Part shown: in pieces, positions 18,536 through 29,061 of the stretch | How the letters are laid out: each line of letters begins with the position of its first letter | Position numbering within the stretch: the first letter of the stretch is position 1 | NCBI GenBank assembly: GCA_049472335.1 | Contig: JBLIRO010000028.1 | Span: 1 to 58,511 of the forward strand | DNA: 58,511 nucleotides | Source of the DNA: a bacterium | Lineage (GTDB): Bacteria; SZUA-182; DTGQ01; JAFGSM01 | Reading direction: 5' to 3' | Position numbers and translations under genes: made by a program | Notes under the pieces: model-generated | Databases searched by the model: none | What the model saw: only the letters and a program-made list of their open reading frames with translations | What the model was told of the DNA's origin: nothing

Positions 18536-21048
18536 ATTCCCTTCCTTAAGGGAAGGGTCAGGGTCACTGTGGTCCCTTCCCCTTCTTTGCTTTTGATTTT
18601 TATTCTCCCGTCATGAAGATCAACAATTTGACGGCATACAGCTAGCCCCAGTCCTGTACCCTTGGATTTGGTGGAAAAGAAGGGATTTTGAACCTTTTCC
18701 AAATCTTCCTTACGGATCCCCGGACCATTGTCTTTGAAACTGAACCGGATGAATGAGTTATTTTCCAGTACCACACTGACAGAGATTTTTCCTTCCTCTT
18801 TTCCTATGGCATCCAGGGCATTACTGAGTATATTTCCGAACAATTCTTTCATCTGGAGTGGATCAGCCTCCATCCTGATATCCTTCTGGAGAGTACACCT
18901 TTTTTTAATGCGAACCTTACTGGTCCTGTATCTCTTTTTGGCCTGTTCAATGCATTCACCCAGCAGGTCACAAATGGGAAACATTTCATTTGAAGGCAAT
19001 CCCCTTCGGGCATAAAAAAGGAGATTGTTGATTATCTGGTTACTTTCCTCCAGGCATTCCTCAATGTTTGCAAGGTTTTTTTCAAGGGCCGGATCCCTGT
19101 TCTTGTGGGAGATGTTGAAACATGCAGTTTCAATGACTGCAAGGGGATTGCGAAGTTCATGTGCCATGGTGGATGCCAGTTTACCTATCTCGGAAAGGTG
19201 TTCGGACCGTATCAGCTCGGTTTGCATCCTGGTCATGTTTTTCTCAGCCTCAACTCTCTTGGTTACATTCACCAGAAATAATATTATCCCTTCCACCATA
19301 CCAGATTCGTTTTTGACCGGTTGCAGGCTCCAATCCCAATAGCTGACGCCACGTTCGGGGTTCCTGGAATATTTAAAGGGTTTGGCATAAACGGTATATG
19401 GTTTGCCGGTCATGACCACCCGGTGGAAGATCCGCTCATTTTCTTCATTTGGAAATAGACGGAAATGATTCTTGCCAGGATAAAATTCAGGTTTGTGGCT
19501 GTCAGCCCGGGCATAGGCCTCATTAACCTTGATAAAATTGAATCCGGTGTCCATATAAGCAATCAAAATATGCTCGTTTGAAAAGATCTTTTTCATCAAT
19601 TCATTGCTGTACTGGAGTTGTTTTTCAATTTCCTGGCGCGTCTGTATTTCCTGCTTCAGCAGGTCAATGGTTTCTGTGAGTTCGACAGTCCTTTGGACAA
19701 CTTTTTTTTCCAGATCATCCCTGGCCTGTTTAAGGGCCTTGTTCAAACTCTCCCGGTCGGTTATGTCTTCCCAAAGCACCACGGTATTAATGATCTCGCC
19801 TTGAAACCGGATTGGAAAGGCAGAACATAAAGCGACCCTTTCATCTTCGGAAGGGGTATGAAACAAATATTTTATTCCCTTTACAATTTCACCCTTCACT
19901 GCCCGTTTTGATACCGTATCCTCTACATGGGTTTTTTCCCCAGTAATCAATCTGGAAAAGACCTTAGTAAGGATGTCTGATTGGTCCATTCCCTTGGGAT
20001 CAAAGCCAAGGGACACTTTGCTTGCTTCATTGGCCAATGAGATTTTATTGTCTTTATCGTAAATCATTAGTGGAATGGGCAGAGAATCGATAACACCTTT
20101 TAACTTGAAGGTCTTCTTTTTTGTGGTGGCTATTGATTCCCGAAGTTGGCTTAGAATCTCCTCACGTTCCTTCTCTCTCTTTTTTTGATGAGTCACGTCC
20201 CGTGCATTGATTACTATCGCCCTAATACTTGGACGATGAAGCAGGTTGGTAACTATTCCTTCAAAATGCACCCAGTCTCCGTTTGAATGTTTGATACGGA
20301 ATTCCACCTCCATACTCTTTCCGTATTGCCTTATGAAATCATGCCGCAGTTTTTTTGCTCTTTCTGCATCCAGGGGATGGAAATAGATGAACAGGTTGGT
20401 CCTAAAAAAAGTTTCTGGAGCGGTTCCGAGCAGCATCTCCGACGAAGGGCTCATATAGATTATGGTGCCATCCTCTTCTGTAGAGATTATTAAATCGTAG
20501 GCATTCAGGATCAGTGCCCTGAAACGTTCTTCGCTTTCCTTTACCATTTTTTCTGTTATCTTTCTGGAGTCGATTATCTGCCGTAGCAATTCATTAGAAT
20601 GTTTTAGCGATTTAAAACAATGCCCCGATAAGTCATCCGTATTCGCATATGAATCCCTGTTATCCCCTGTTACGTCCACCATGAATCCTGCGCGCCGGTA
20701 TGAGTTTTTTTCAAGGTAAAACCCTGCTAAAAAAGGCAGAAACCCTGGCCACAGCTCTTGATCATTGGTGCCCTTTAGACAACTTGTTTTGGGCATCAAT
20801 ATAAGAGGAGGCATAGGCAAGACTGAATCCTGAAGGAGTCTTAATATCTTTGATACATTGAAGTCCCGCATATCAGGATTGGCAATGACCATGTGCCATT
20901 TTCGTCCGGAAAGGGCCGATTTAAAAGCTTTGGCATTGTGAATACATTCCACAAAAGGTTCATAACATGCCTCTCGGAATCGGCTTATAATATAATCAAC
21001 TCGGTCATCGGAATCATCGATAACCAGAACGGAAATGGATTTATTCAT
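18532..21048 (-). CDS. Cytoplasmic multi-PAS sensor histidine kinase with degenerate N-terminal REC
   Basis: H-box AHELRNPL, N-box NILSNALDA, DNGPGI, FFSTKSKGTGLGL. Three PAS-like segments. The N-terminal REC has N at the phospho-Asp position (HMVIAN). Confidence 0.92.
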   Translation of the reverse strand: MNKSISVLVIDDSDDRVDYIISRFREACYEPFVECIHNAKAFKSALSGRKWHMVIANPDMRDFNVSKILRLLQDSVLPMPPLILMPKTSCLKGTNDQELWPGFLPFLAGFYLEKNSYRRAGFMVDVTGDNRDSYANTDDLSGHCFKSLKHSNELLRQIIDSRKITEKMVKESEERFRALILNAYDLIISTEEDGTIIYMSPSSEMLLGTAPETFFRTNLFIYFHPLDAERAKKLRHDFIRQYGKSMEVEFRIKHSNGDWVHFEGIVTNLLHRPSIRAIVINARDVTHQKKREKEREEILSQLRESIATTKKKTFKLKGVIDSLPIPLMIYDKDNKISLANEASKVSLGFDPKGMDQSDILTKVFSRLITGEKTHVEDTVSKRAVKGEIVKGIKYLFHTPSEDERVALCSAFPIRFQGEIINTVVLWEDITDRESLNKALKQARDDLEKKVVQRTVELTETIDLLKQEIQTRQEIEKQLQYSNELMKKIFSNEHILIAYMDTGFNFIKVNEAYARADSHKPEFYPGKNHFRLFPNEENERIFHRVVMTGKPYTVYAKPFKYSRNPERGVSYWDWSLQPVKNESGMVEGIILFLVNVTKRVEAEKNMTRMQTELIRSEHLSEIGKLASTMAHELRNPLAVIETACFNISHKNRDPALEKNLANIEECLEESNQIINNLLFYARRGLPSNEMFPICDLLGECIEQAKKRYRTSKVRIKKRCTLQKDIRMEADPLQMKELFGNILSNALDAIGKEEGKISVSVVLENNSFIRFSFKDNGPGIRKEDLEKVQNPFFSTKSKGTGLGLAVCRQIVDLHDGRIKIKSKEGEGTTVTLTLPLRKGI

Positions 21049-21389
21049 AACAGCCCTTTTTTATAAAAAAAGATCCTGCCAAATGATCTATTCCCTAAGG
21101 TAAAATTTTATAAATTTGTCCCTTGCCGGACGTACCGGTTACTGAGAATATTATAACGATAGACCTGTTTTTCAACTTTTTTTGATTTGCCTTCCATTTT
21201 TTATCAATAATGTTAAGGGTAGTGGAATAGGTTTTAGAGGAACTTATTTTGAACTAATGGATTGGTATTCTTTTTTATTACCTTTTTTCCTTACACTTTC
21301 TCCCTTTAGGATTTTATTTAACATATTTTTTTATATAGTTTAAGTATAAATCATACTATGGGTAATGGCAAGCCGAAAGTGCTAAGGTA

Positions 21390-21548
21390 CAGGGTATCGG
21401 CAAAGTCACCAAAAAGCTCAGAAGATTAATCGATTAATCGGGACACAATACTTAATTATATTTAATCGAAATTAATGTGACAATACTTGTTTTAATTTAA
21501 TTAAGTTTTGTGTCCCTTTGTCCTAACAATGACTTTGCCGATACCCTG
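21390..21548. mobile_element. 159-bp MITE with 19-bp perfect terminal inverted repeats and 10-bp target-site duplication
   Basis: TIR CAGGGTATCGGCAAAGTCA (21390-21408) and TGACTTTGCCGATACCCTG (21530-21548). TGCTAAGGTA is duplicated at 21380-21389 and 21549-21558. Confidence 0.9.
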
Positions 21549-21587
21549 TGCTAAGGTAAGTCTAATTTTGGACAAATAATCTTTTTC

Positions 21588-22721
21588 CTATGGGGTTTCT
21601 TTCAGGTCCACTTTAAGGGACAGCAATTTCATCATATCTTTGAGGGCAATCATGCCCACCAGCCGGCCATTCTCCACCACCATCAATCTGCTGGATTTGG
21701 CTTGGTTCATTCTGGAGAGTGCCGTCATGGCGTCCTCATCCGGACTGATAGTATTATTCTGGGTACAATTCATTGCCAGATCTGCGACTTTTTTCTTTTT
21801 TCTCTCATCCACCGGTATTTCTTTGATCTGCTTAATAGTAACACAACCAATCAGTTTGCCGTCCTCCTGTACCGGGTACATCTTATAATGATGTTTGTAG
21901 ATATATCTGTCTACAAGTTCTTCCACTGAGATGTCCGGTGGCACGGTAACCAGTTCGGAGTTCATGAATCTTCGTACCTTTTCCCCTTCCAATCCTTTTC
22001 GGATGAGGACCTGCTGGTAGGAGGTCTCCGAGGCCCCCTTTAAAAACATGCCTATTAAAAACCACCAGATACCACCTATAAAATTACCCCCAAGTACACT
22101 GAACAGGCCCATGGTGATGAGAAAGATCCCGAAACCGGAGCCGATATTGGAAGCGATTCGTGTGGCCCACCGCAGGTTATTTTTCCATTTCCAGAGAAGG
22201 GAGCGCAGGATACGGCCTCCATCCAGGGGGAAGGCCGGGACTAGGTTAAAACCGGCCAAAAGAAGGTTTATGAATCCAAGGTAATTGATGACCGCATTAA
22301 AGGAATCTGGCCATTTCATGCCCTTTCCCAGGAAAACCAGCCCATATAGCCCTAGTCCCAGGACGATGCTTGAGACAGGCCCTGCAATGGCCATTTTGAA
22401 TTCCGCATTGGGATTGGGGGGCTCATCACCCATTTCAGCTACGCCCCCGAATATGAAAAGGGTGATTCCCTTCATGGGCAGCCCATTTCTTCTTGCCACC
22501 ATGGAATGCCAGAATTCATGAAATACGATGGAGATAAACAGACCCAGTGCGCCTGCGGCCCCCATCAACCAGTATGTGGCCTTGGAAAGGTCTTTATAAT
22601 AATGGGGGAATACTCCCTGTGCCAGTGTCCAGGTGATAAGAACGGCAAGGATCAACCAACTCAGATCCAGGCGTACCTCGAAACCGAATAATTTAAACAA
22701 CGATACTCTTTTTCCAAACAT
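21588..22721 (-). CDS. Site-2 protease (M50) with CBS pair
   Basis: HEFWH, FIFGGVA, AGP, FNLVPAFPLDGGR and two CBS domains; AGGAGG RBS before ATG 22721. Confidence 0.92.
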   Translation of the reverse strand: MFGKRVSLFKLFGFEVRLDLSWLILAVLITWTLAQGVFPHYYKDLSKATYWLMGAAGALGLFISIVFHEFWHSMVARRNGLPMKGITLFIFGGVAEMGDEPPNPNAEFKMAIAGPVSSIVLGLGLYGLVFLGKGMKWPDSFNAVINYLGFINLLLAGFNLVPAFPLDGGRILRSLLWKWKNNLRWATRIASNIGSGFGIFLITMGLFSVLGGNFIGGIWWFLIGMFLKGASETSYQQVLIRKGLEGEKVRRFMNSELVTVPPDISVEELVDRYIYKHHYKMYPVQEDGKLIGCVTIKQIKEIPVDERKKKKVADLAMNCTQNNTISPDEDAMTALSRMNQAKSSRLMVVENGRLVGMIALKDMMKLLSLKVDLKETP

Positions 22722-22773
22722 CGTAGTCCTCCTACCAGCATTTTTTAATATCCACCCATCCACTTATTAACAA

Positions 22774-22960
22774 TTACCCTGCATGCTTTTTTAATATACG
22801 GTCTGCCGGAAGCGATTTCAGAATCTGTCCAACTGCCCAGGGTATAAGGCTCATACCAATGATACTCCCCAACCCTTGAGCCCCGGGCGCGTAATCTCCA
22901 GAACAACGCTAAACGCAGGGATATACACGACAGCCAGGAGGATCATGATAAGGCTTTTGA
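22774..22960 (-). pseudogene. 3' remnant of a cation-transporting P-type ATPase
   Basis: Minus strand reads ILLAVVYIPAFSVVLEITRPGLKGWG, then after a 1-nt frameshift IIGMSLIPWAVGQILK. This resembles the last two TM helices of Ca2+-type P-ATPases. Confidence 0.55.
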
Positions 22961-22963
22961 TTT

Positions 22964-23704
22964 TTAATTCTGTTTGTCTTTCATGTAGTCACCGACTGAG
23001 AGCCATTTTTCGATAAGGCAATACAAAACAATAAAAAGATATCTGCTTCCCATTTCTTTTATTTTAAGCTTTGATTCGCCGGTTTTACGATTTGTCCATG
23101 AATTAGGCAATATCGCGTATGAATATCCCCGTGTAATCGCTTTCAGGGGCAGTTCAACTGTGAGATTAAAATGATGACTTAAAAGGGGTTTAAGACCCTG
23201 AATAGTTTCATATCTATACATCTTGAAGGCATTTGTCGTATCATTATATCGCAGGGCAAAGAGCATCCTGATAAACAGGTTGGCTAACCGGTTAATGACA
23301 AATTTAAGTTTAGGGTAGTCATATGTCTTGCCGCCTTCGATAAATCGAGAGCCGAAGACGCAGTCATAGCCTTCCTCCAATTTCCTGAAAAATTTTACCA
23401 CATCCTTTGGATCATCAGATCCGTCTGCCATTACAATCGCGACAGCATCTCCATCGAAGTTTTCAAGCCCTGTCCTTACTGCAAAGCCGAATCCCTTTGA
23501 ATAGGCATTATTCAGATATCTTATTTCGGCATGGAGATCGCATAACCTTCGAAGGATTGCTTCTGTAGTATCTGAGCTATTATCATTAATAGCCAAAATC
23601 TCAAAAGCAATGGATTCTTTTTTCAGGATGTCCAAAAGGTTGTTTATAGTAGGCTCAATACATCCTTCTTCATTATGCGCCGGAATGACAATCGAAAGCT
23701 TCAT
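22964..23704 (-). CDS. GT2 glycosyltransferase (DPM-synthase-like)
   Basis: [35 protein letters not shown]. Confidence 0.9.
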   Translation of the reverse strand: MKLSIVIPAHNEEGCIEPTINNLLDILKKESIAFEILAINDNSSDTTEAILRRLCDLHAEIRYLNNAYSKGFGFAVRTGLENFDGDAVAIVMADGSDDPKDVVKFFRKLEEGYDCVFGSRFIEGGKTYDYPKLKFVINRLANLFIRMLFALRYNDTTNAFKMYRYETIQGLKPLLSHHFNLTVELPLKAITRGYSYAILPNSWTNRKTGESKLKIKEMGSRYLFIVLYCLIEKWLSVGDYMKDKQN

Positions 23705-24762
23705 ATCCTTGCCGTAAAACCTTCATATATCTGCTTCATTATATCCTCTAAGTTATATTTAAATTCCCAGTCAGGATTATGCTTTTTAAACTTTGAGACG
23801 TCGCTTATCCACCAGATATGATCCCCTATACGATTTGTTTCGGTATATGACCAGCTTAGTTTCCTGCCTGTGATTTTTTCACATATTTCTATGGCCTCAA
23901 GCATAGAACAACAAGAATGTCTGCTGCCTCCGGCATTGTAAACCTCCCCTGACCGGGGATTCTGATAAAAATGCCAGAACATGTTGACGAGATCATAGCT
24001 ATGGATATTATCCCTCACCTGCTTGCCCTTATATCCAAAAACCGTGTAATGATCACCTGTTATGGCACACCTCATGAGATAGCTGAGGAACCCGTGCAAT
24101 TGGGTGCCGCTGTGTTTTGGCCCTGTTAAGCATCCCCCCCGAAAGATCCCCGTCTTCATCCCAAAATATTTTCCGTATTCCTGCGCTAAGATGTCGGCTG
24201 CCACCTTGCTTGCCCCGAAAAGAGAATGTTTTGACTGATCAATGCTCATTTGCTCATCGATTCCGTTTTCGTAATAAGGGTGATCCTGTTTTATTTCCCA
24301 CCTGGTATCCAGCTCAACAAGCGGGAGGGTGTTTGGCCTGTCTCCATACACTTTATTAGTGGAGGTAAATATAAAAACCGCGTTCGGGGCATACAAGCGG
24401 GTCATTTCCAGCAATATGAGCGTGCCGTTTGCATTCACTGTAAAATCTTTTTGAGGATCCTTTGCAGCCCAATCATGACTGGGCTGTGCCGCCGTATGCA
24501 CAACGAGTTTAATATCCTTTGTGTATTCAGCAAAAATGCCCCCGACATCCTTTTCATTCCTTATATCTACAGTATAGTGTCTATAGTTTTTTATCTCTTT
24601 TTCCAGTCTTTCCTTGTTCCACAGAATTGAAGCATCGGGACCGAAGAACTCCTCTCTCATGTTGTTGTCTATGCCCACGACCAAATCGAACCTCTTCGAA
24701 AAAAACTCAACGGCTTCACTCCCGATAAGACCTGCAGATCCTGTTATCAGTGCTACCCTCAT
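23701..24762 (-). CDS. NAD-dependent epimerase (CDP-paratose 2-epimerase-like SDR)
   Basis: [36 protein letters not shown]. Confidence 0.88.
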   Translation of the reverse strand: MRVALITGSAGLIGSEAVEFFSKRFDLVVGIDNNMREEFFGPDASILWNKERLEKEIKNYRHYTVDIRNEKDVGGIFAEYTKDIKLVVHTAAQPSHDWAAKDPQKDFTVNANGTLILLEMTRLYAPNAVFIFTSTNKVYGDRPNTLPLVELDTRWEIKQDHPYYENGIDEQMSIDQSKHSLFGASKVAADILAQEYGKYFGMKTGIFRGGCLTGPKHSGTQLHGFLSYLMRCAITGDHYTVFGYKGKQVRDNIHSYDLVNMFWHFYQNPRSGEVYNAGGSRHSCCSMLEAIEICEKITGRKLSWSYTETNRIGDHIWWISDVSKFKKHNPDWEFKYNLEDIMKQIYEGFTARI

Positions 24763-25832
24763 TTTAAGATCCCTTCAAGTTGCTGTTCATTGTTTTTAAT
24801 CCACTCCGTAATTTCACAAATTATATCACTAACACCAATGGTTGGAGCCCATCCTGTCATTTTGGTCACCTTTGCATTATCAGTAAGATATATTCTTACA
24901 TCAGCCGGTCTATTCTTGCTTATCTTGTTAATCGTGATGGTTTTTCCAGTCTGTTCCCGGCATAACTCGGTCAATTCTTTTAAAGATACGCTTATCTCCC
25001 TTCCTCCACCCACATTGAAAATCTCTCCGTTTACCTTATCGATATTCTGAATTTCGTAATCGATCAATCGAAACAGGTCCTTTATGTGCAGGATGTCGCG
25101 CACCTGTTTTCCTGTGCCACCAAATCCTATATAGCTCAGCTCTTGTTTCCAAAAATGTTTTGCAATCCATAAGACTATGACTCCCTGATCAATCTTTCCA
25201 AACTGCCAGGGGCCGCAAATAACGCCGCACCGATTAATCACGGCCTTGAGATTATACATGTCCATATATTCCTGAATCAGAAGCTCTGAGGCGAGCTTTG
25301 TGGCACCATAAAGAGAACGTGGACCATCCAATGGAAAATCCTCCGTGAATCCTGTCTCACTGCATCCATTGACAGTCTGATGATGATCCAGCTCAAATCT
25401 GTCGTTTGTTTCATAAAAATTTAAAGAATTGATCGTTTTGAATGGATAAACACGGCTGGTAGATAAAATAATGAAAACGGCCTTGTGTTTTCTGGCAAAT
25501 TCAAGGCAATTATACGTGCCCATGAGGTTTGTGTTCACCAGATAATCCGGGGAAGATGCATATCCTGAGAGCACCGAAGGCTCTGCCGCACATTCAATAA
25601 TGGTATGCACCTTTCCAATCTCCTCTAAATCCTCTTTGTTTCTTATATCACCATGAATAAACTCGATTCCTTTCTCCTTTAACCGGGGGATGTTAAGTTC
25701 ACTCCCCCGCCTTTTGAGATTGTCAATGGCAATAATCCGTGAATCCGGATACTTTTGTTTTATAATGAGAGCAAGAGATGAACCAACAAAACCGGCGCCA
25801 CCTGTAATGAGATATATCATTTTCACCTGCAA
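24759..25832 (-). CDS. NAD-dependent epimerase (CDP-paratose 2-epimerase-like SDR), second copy
   Basis: [38 protein letters not shown]. Confidence 0.88.
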   Translation of the reverse strand: MQVKMIYLITGGAGFVGSSLALIIKQKYPDSRIIAIDNLKRRGSELNIPRLKEKGIEFIHGDIRNKEDLEEIGKVHTIIECAAEPSVLSGYASSPDYLVNTNLMGTYNCLEFARKHKAVFIILSTSRVYPFKTINSLNFYETNDRFELDHHQTVNGCSETGFTEDFPLDGPRSLYGATKLASELLIQEYMDMYNLKAVINRCGVICGPWQFGKIDQGVIVLWIAKHFWKQELSYIGFGGTGKQVRDILHIKDLFRLIDYEIQNIDKVNGEIFNVGGGREISVSLKELTELCREQTGKTITINKISKNRPADVRIYLTDNAKVTKMTGWAPTIGVSDIICEITEWIKNNEQQLEGILK

Positions 25833-25990
25833 TTTTTTTATAGACAGAATTCATACAACATACAATAAACAATATATTAAGTATAAAAGGGATTTAACTA
25901 TTTAATATTTTACTACTTATACAATAATAATCTCAAGGCTTTGAACCTTTTATCCAATAATCCATTGGAGAATATTCTTTAATAAAAGGT

Positions 25991-27820
25991 TTACAAAAAA
26001 ATCGGTTGTTGAAATCCCTCTTTTCTTTTATATATATATTTTTCTCTTTTTAAAAGGCCGAAGAGCCTTTCTTTATGATAGGTTCTATATAAAATAATGT
26101 CTTTTCTCTTTTTTTCCAAGCCAGGTTCGCCGCTCACAAAAAAGTTGGCAAGAGGATGCAGTTTCTGCCAATTGACGGGCCTCTTTACTCTAAAATTTTT
26201 ATATAATTTATCTATATAAACCAGGCTGTAAAAATTGTTAAATCCTAAGCCTCCGTTTATATCATTGGGAGAAATTCCCTCATCCATCAAAGATTGGGAT
26301 GCCTCCCATTCCAGACCCAGGTTTAAATTGCGGGAGATTTGGGGGTAAATAAATACAGTGAAAAACAATACATATATGATTATAAATGTCTTCTTCCATT
26401 TTTCATTGTAAGAAAAATGCCTTAATATGACATAGACCATTAAAATGGAAACAGGATAAATATACCGGTCATATTTTAAAAAGAGAATTATCGTAGTCAG
26501 ACCATAGACAATCCCCCATAAGTAGAAAAATTTCTCGGCTAAATCTATCCTCTTTTCTTCTTTTTTGTCCTCAATTTTTCTTATTTCCCTCTTCTTTTTT
26601 TTATTTAATTTCTTCCCCTTTTCGATTGAAGGTTCTTTTTTTGAGATATTTGTGAAGAAAGCGCCTAATATGCTTATGAGGAGTATAATTGCTCCGAATC
26701 CTGAAAAAATAGTGAGTATTAATGCTGTTCGGTCTCTGCCCAATAAAGAAATGTCAAAGATTTTTTGTAATGCCCCGATTGGGAATATACTAGGTATATA
26801 TGGCATTAATTGGCCTTTTTTCGAATATAGAAGGAATGTTCCCGCTAATACATAGGCAATGGAAAAGATTAGAATACCCGACCTGGAATACAACTTCTTT
26901 ATCTTTTCCGGGCTTGCTATAAATGAAACATATAGGGCCATAAAGAGCGGGGCCAGATATAAAGGAATATAATGAAGGTAATATAAACTCCCATAGTACA
27001 ACATTGAGAGAAAATCGAGAGGATTTGTAAGAATTGAATTTAAGGCGGATCTGGCCGAACTATAAGCATAAGGAGTCTCTGCCTGTGTTTTTTTGGCAAA
27101 AGAAAGCAGGAGATAAAAGACCCCTATTGTGATTACCGGAAGCAGCGAAGCGGCAATAGAGTTCAGGAACATCCTTTTATTGATTTTTTTATGATAAATA
27201 ATCACTATCAATACTAAGGCGCCCGGAATGGATATGGCATATTGCCGGGTCAGGATACCTAATATACAAAAAAGACTTCCCAGGTAAAGATAAACAATCT
27301 TATCCTTCTTTAAACCCTTAATAAAAAATAAAAGTGAAAATACGAGATAGCACATAAAAAAAGGTTCCGTCAAATACCAATCAATGAACACAAGAGAAAT
27401 AGGGCTTATGAGAAGGGTCAATGCCCCCCAAAAAGAGAGAAAAGGGTTGACCTTAAATTCCAATAAAAGAAGATACATGGCAAAAAGAAGTAAAAAATTA
27501 ACCACATATACAGTGATATGGATCATTTTCAGATTAAAGCCGGTAATAAGGAAAAAAGGGTAGGTGAACAATAATTGACCTAACAGGGCCGGGGCGGCAC
27601 CGCTTGCGTCGATTCTTCCTTCCTCAAAAAATATCTTAGCGCTTCGTCCAAATATTCCTGCATCGGCATGGAGATGGTTGTAGTTGGAAAAGATAAGAAG
27701 ATATGACAAAAGAAGGAAAAGAATAATCCCTAAAATCGGCCATTTATGTCTTTCTATGAAAGCATGAAATAAGGGTGTATATCCATTTTTTAAATAATGA
27801 CTTGAATCTCTTTCCGCCAT
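25991..27820 (-). CDS. Polytopic membrane GT-C (ArnT/PMT-like) glycosyltransferase
   Basis: About 12 hydrophobic segments; LTEPFF, ILTRQ and DRYIYP motifs. Confidence 0.65.
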   Translation of the reverse strand: MAERDSSHYLKNGYTPLFHAFIERHKWPILGIILFLLLSYLLIFSNYNHLHADAGIFGRSAKIFFEEGRIDASGAAPALLGQLLFTYPFFLITGFNLKMIHITVYVVNFLLLFAMYLLLLEFKVNPFLSFWGALTLLISPISLVFIDWYLTEPFFMCYLVFSLLFFIKGLKKDKIVYLYLGSLFCILGILTRQYAISIPGALVLIVIIYHKKINKRMFLNSIAASLLPVITIGVFYLLLSFAKKTQAETPYAYSSARSALNSILTNPLDFLSMLYYGSLYYLHYIPLYLAPLFMALYVSFIASPEKIKKLYSRSGILIFSIAYVLAGTFLLYSKKGQLMPYIPSIFPIGALQKIFDISLLGRDRTALILTIFSGFGAIILLISILGAFFTNISKKEPSIEKGKKLNKKKKREIRKIEDKKEEKRIDLAEKFFYLWGIVYGLTTIILFLKYDRYIYPVSILMVYVILRHFSYNEKWKKTFIIIYVLFFTVFIYPQISRNLNLGLEWEASQSLMDEGISPNDINGGLGFNNFYSLVYIDKLYKNFRVKRPVNWQKLHPLANFFVSGEPGLEKKRKDIILYRTYHKERLFGLLKREKYIYKRKEGFQQPIFL

Positions 27821-28084
27821 GATTCATACCTTATATTTCCCTTTTTCTTCCATTTTATGGTCTCCATAAAGGCTTATTGAACCAAACAGCTTAAAGATAA
27901 GGATACTATTTTCTCCGGGAATTGTAAAGGATTTTATTGATGGGTTTTTTTCTCAATGCTAGCGGGGTCAGGGCTTGAAATGATGATTTATGGCTTAATT
28001 GACAAAGAGTTTTAATATAATTTCTGGCATTATGGGAATTTATATTGTAAGATGAGGCATAGACAAGGAATGATTAATAGCGTT

Positions 28085-29044
28085 ATGAAAAAAAATATAT
28101 TTTTAACTATCGTCATTATATCTTTAGTCTTATATTCTGTATTAACAAGCGCCCATTTATGCAATGATGTTTTTATCCAGGCAAAGGATAATCTGGCTGT
28201 AAAGGTGGATATCAGGGATGATCAGCTTCGCATCAATACAAGCGCTAAATTCAGGGTTTATCTGCTAAACACAATGGATAGGGATATTGTAGATATACGC
28301 CTCGGGATAATCACTGATGATTTTGATACAGTAGTAACACCTTCGCCCGGCTGGCGAAGTTTTCCATATCTTAAAACCATCAACAGGAACGGACAAAAGG
28401 AATATTTCGAAGTAGAGCTGAAGAGGAAAGAGGGGACTACTCAGGGAAAATATAAGATAGGTTTACATCTTTACAATGGACAGGACGAAAGTATGGTTTT
28501 TAAGACGGTTGATATAACTGATGCCATGGTAACAAAAAGTATTCCGCAGAGAGCTGCCCAGCTTAAAATCGACGGAAAGGTCAATAGCGAGGAATGGAAG
28601 CAGGCGCTCCTTTGTACTTCTCTCTATGAGTACAAAAAGACAGGAAAGTACTTCGAGAATTTTAGCTCCATGATACGGACCCGCTTTCGTTTTGCCCATG
28701 ATGATGAGTTTCTTTATTGCCTTATAGATTTTCAGGATAAAAGTAAAAAAGATATCGCCAATATTTACATCAGTAATGATTACGAAACAAAGCCTGCAAC
28801 GATTTCTGTTCAATTGCAGAGCAGGGATGTAAAGATAAACGGAGAGGTTTCAAATGATGTTATAACCATATTCAACGGCACTAAGGCAGAGGTTGCCATA
28901 CCATTTAAGTTGCTCGACGTTAAAGGAAGGGAATCCTTTTATACCAATCTGGTAAGGATTCAGGATGCTACCTGGACATACTGGCGGGGCAATAAATCAT
29001 CCTTTATGGACCCTGTCGTATTCGCTAATTTTATTTTGGAATAG
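28085..29044 (+). CDS. Exported protein of unknown function; C-terminal half CBM9/DOMON-like
   Basis: Signal peptide ends TSA-HLCND. KIDGKVNSEEW...FAHDDEFLY...AEVAIPF resembles CBM9-like sugar-binding folds. ORF open from 28052. Confidence 0.65.
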   Translation: MKKNIFLTIVIISLVLYSVLTSAHLCNDVFIQAKDNLAVKVDIRDDQLRINTSAKFRVYLLNTMDRDIVDIRLGIITDDFDTVVTPSPGWRSFPYLKTINRNGQKEYFEVELKRKEGTTQGKYKIGLHLYNGQDESMVFKTVDITDAMVTKSIPQRAAQLKIDGKVNSEEWKQALLCTSLYEYKKTGKYFENFSSMIRTRFRFAHDDEFLYCLIDFQDKSKKDIANIYISNDYETKPATISVQLQSRDVKINGEVSNDVITIFNGTKAEVAIPFKLLDVKGRESFYTNLVRIQDATWTYWRGNKSSFMDPVVFANFILE

Positions 29045-29061
29045 TGCGAATTTTTTAAAAA

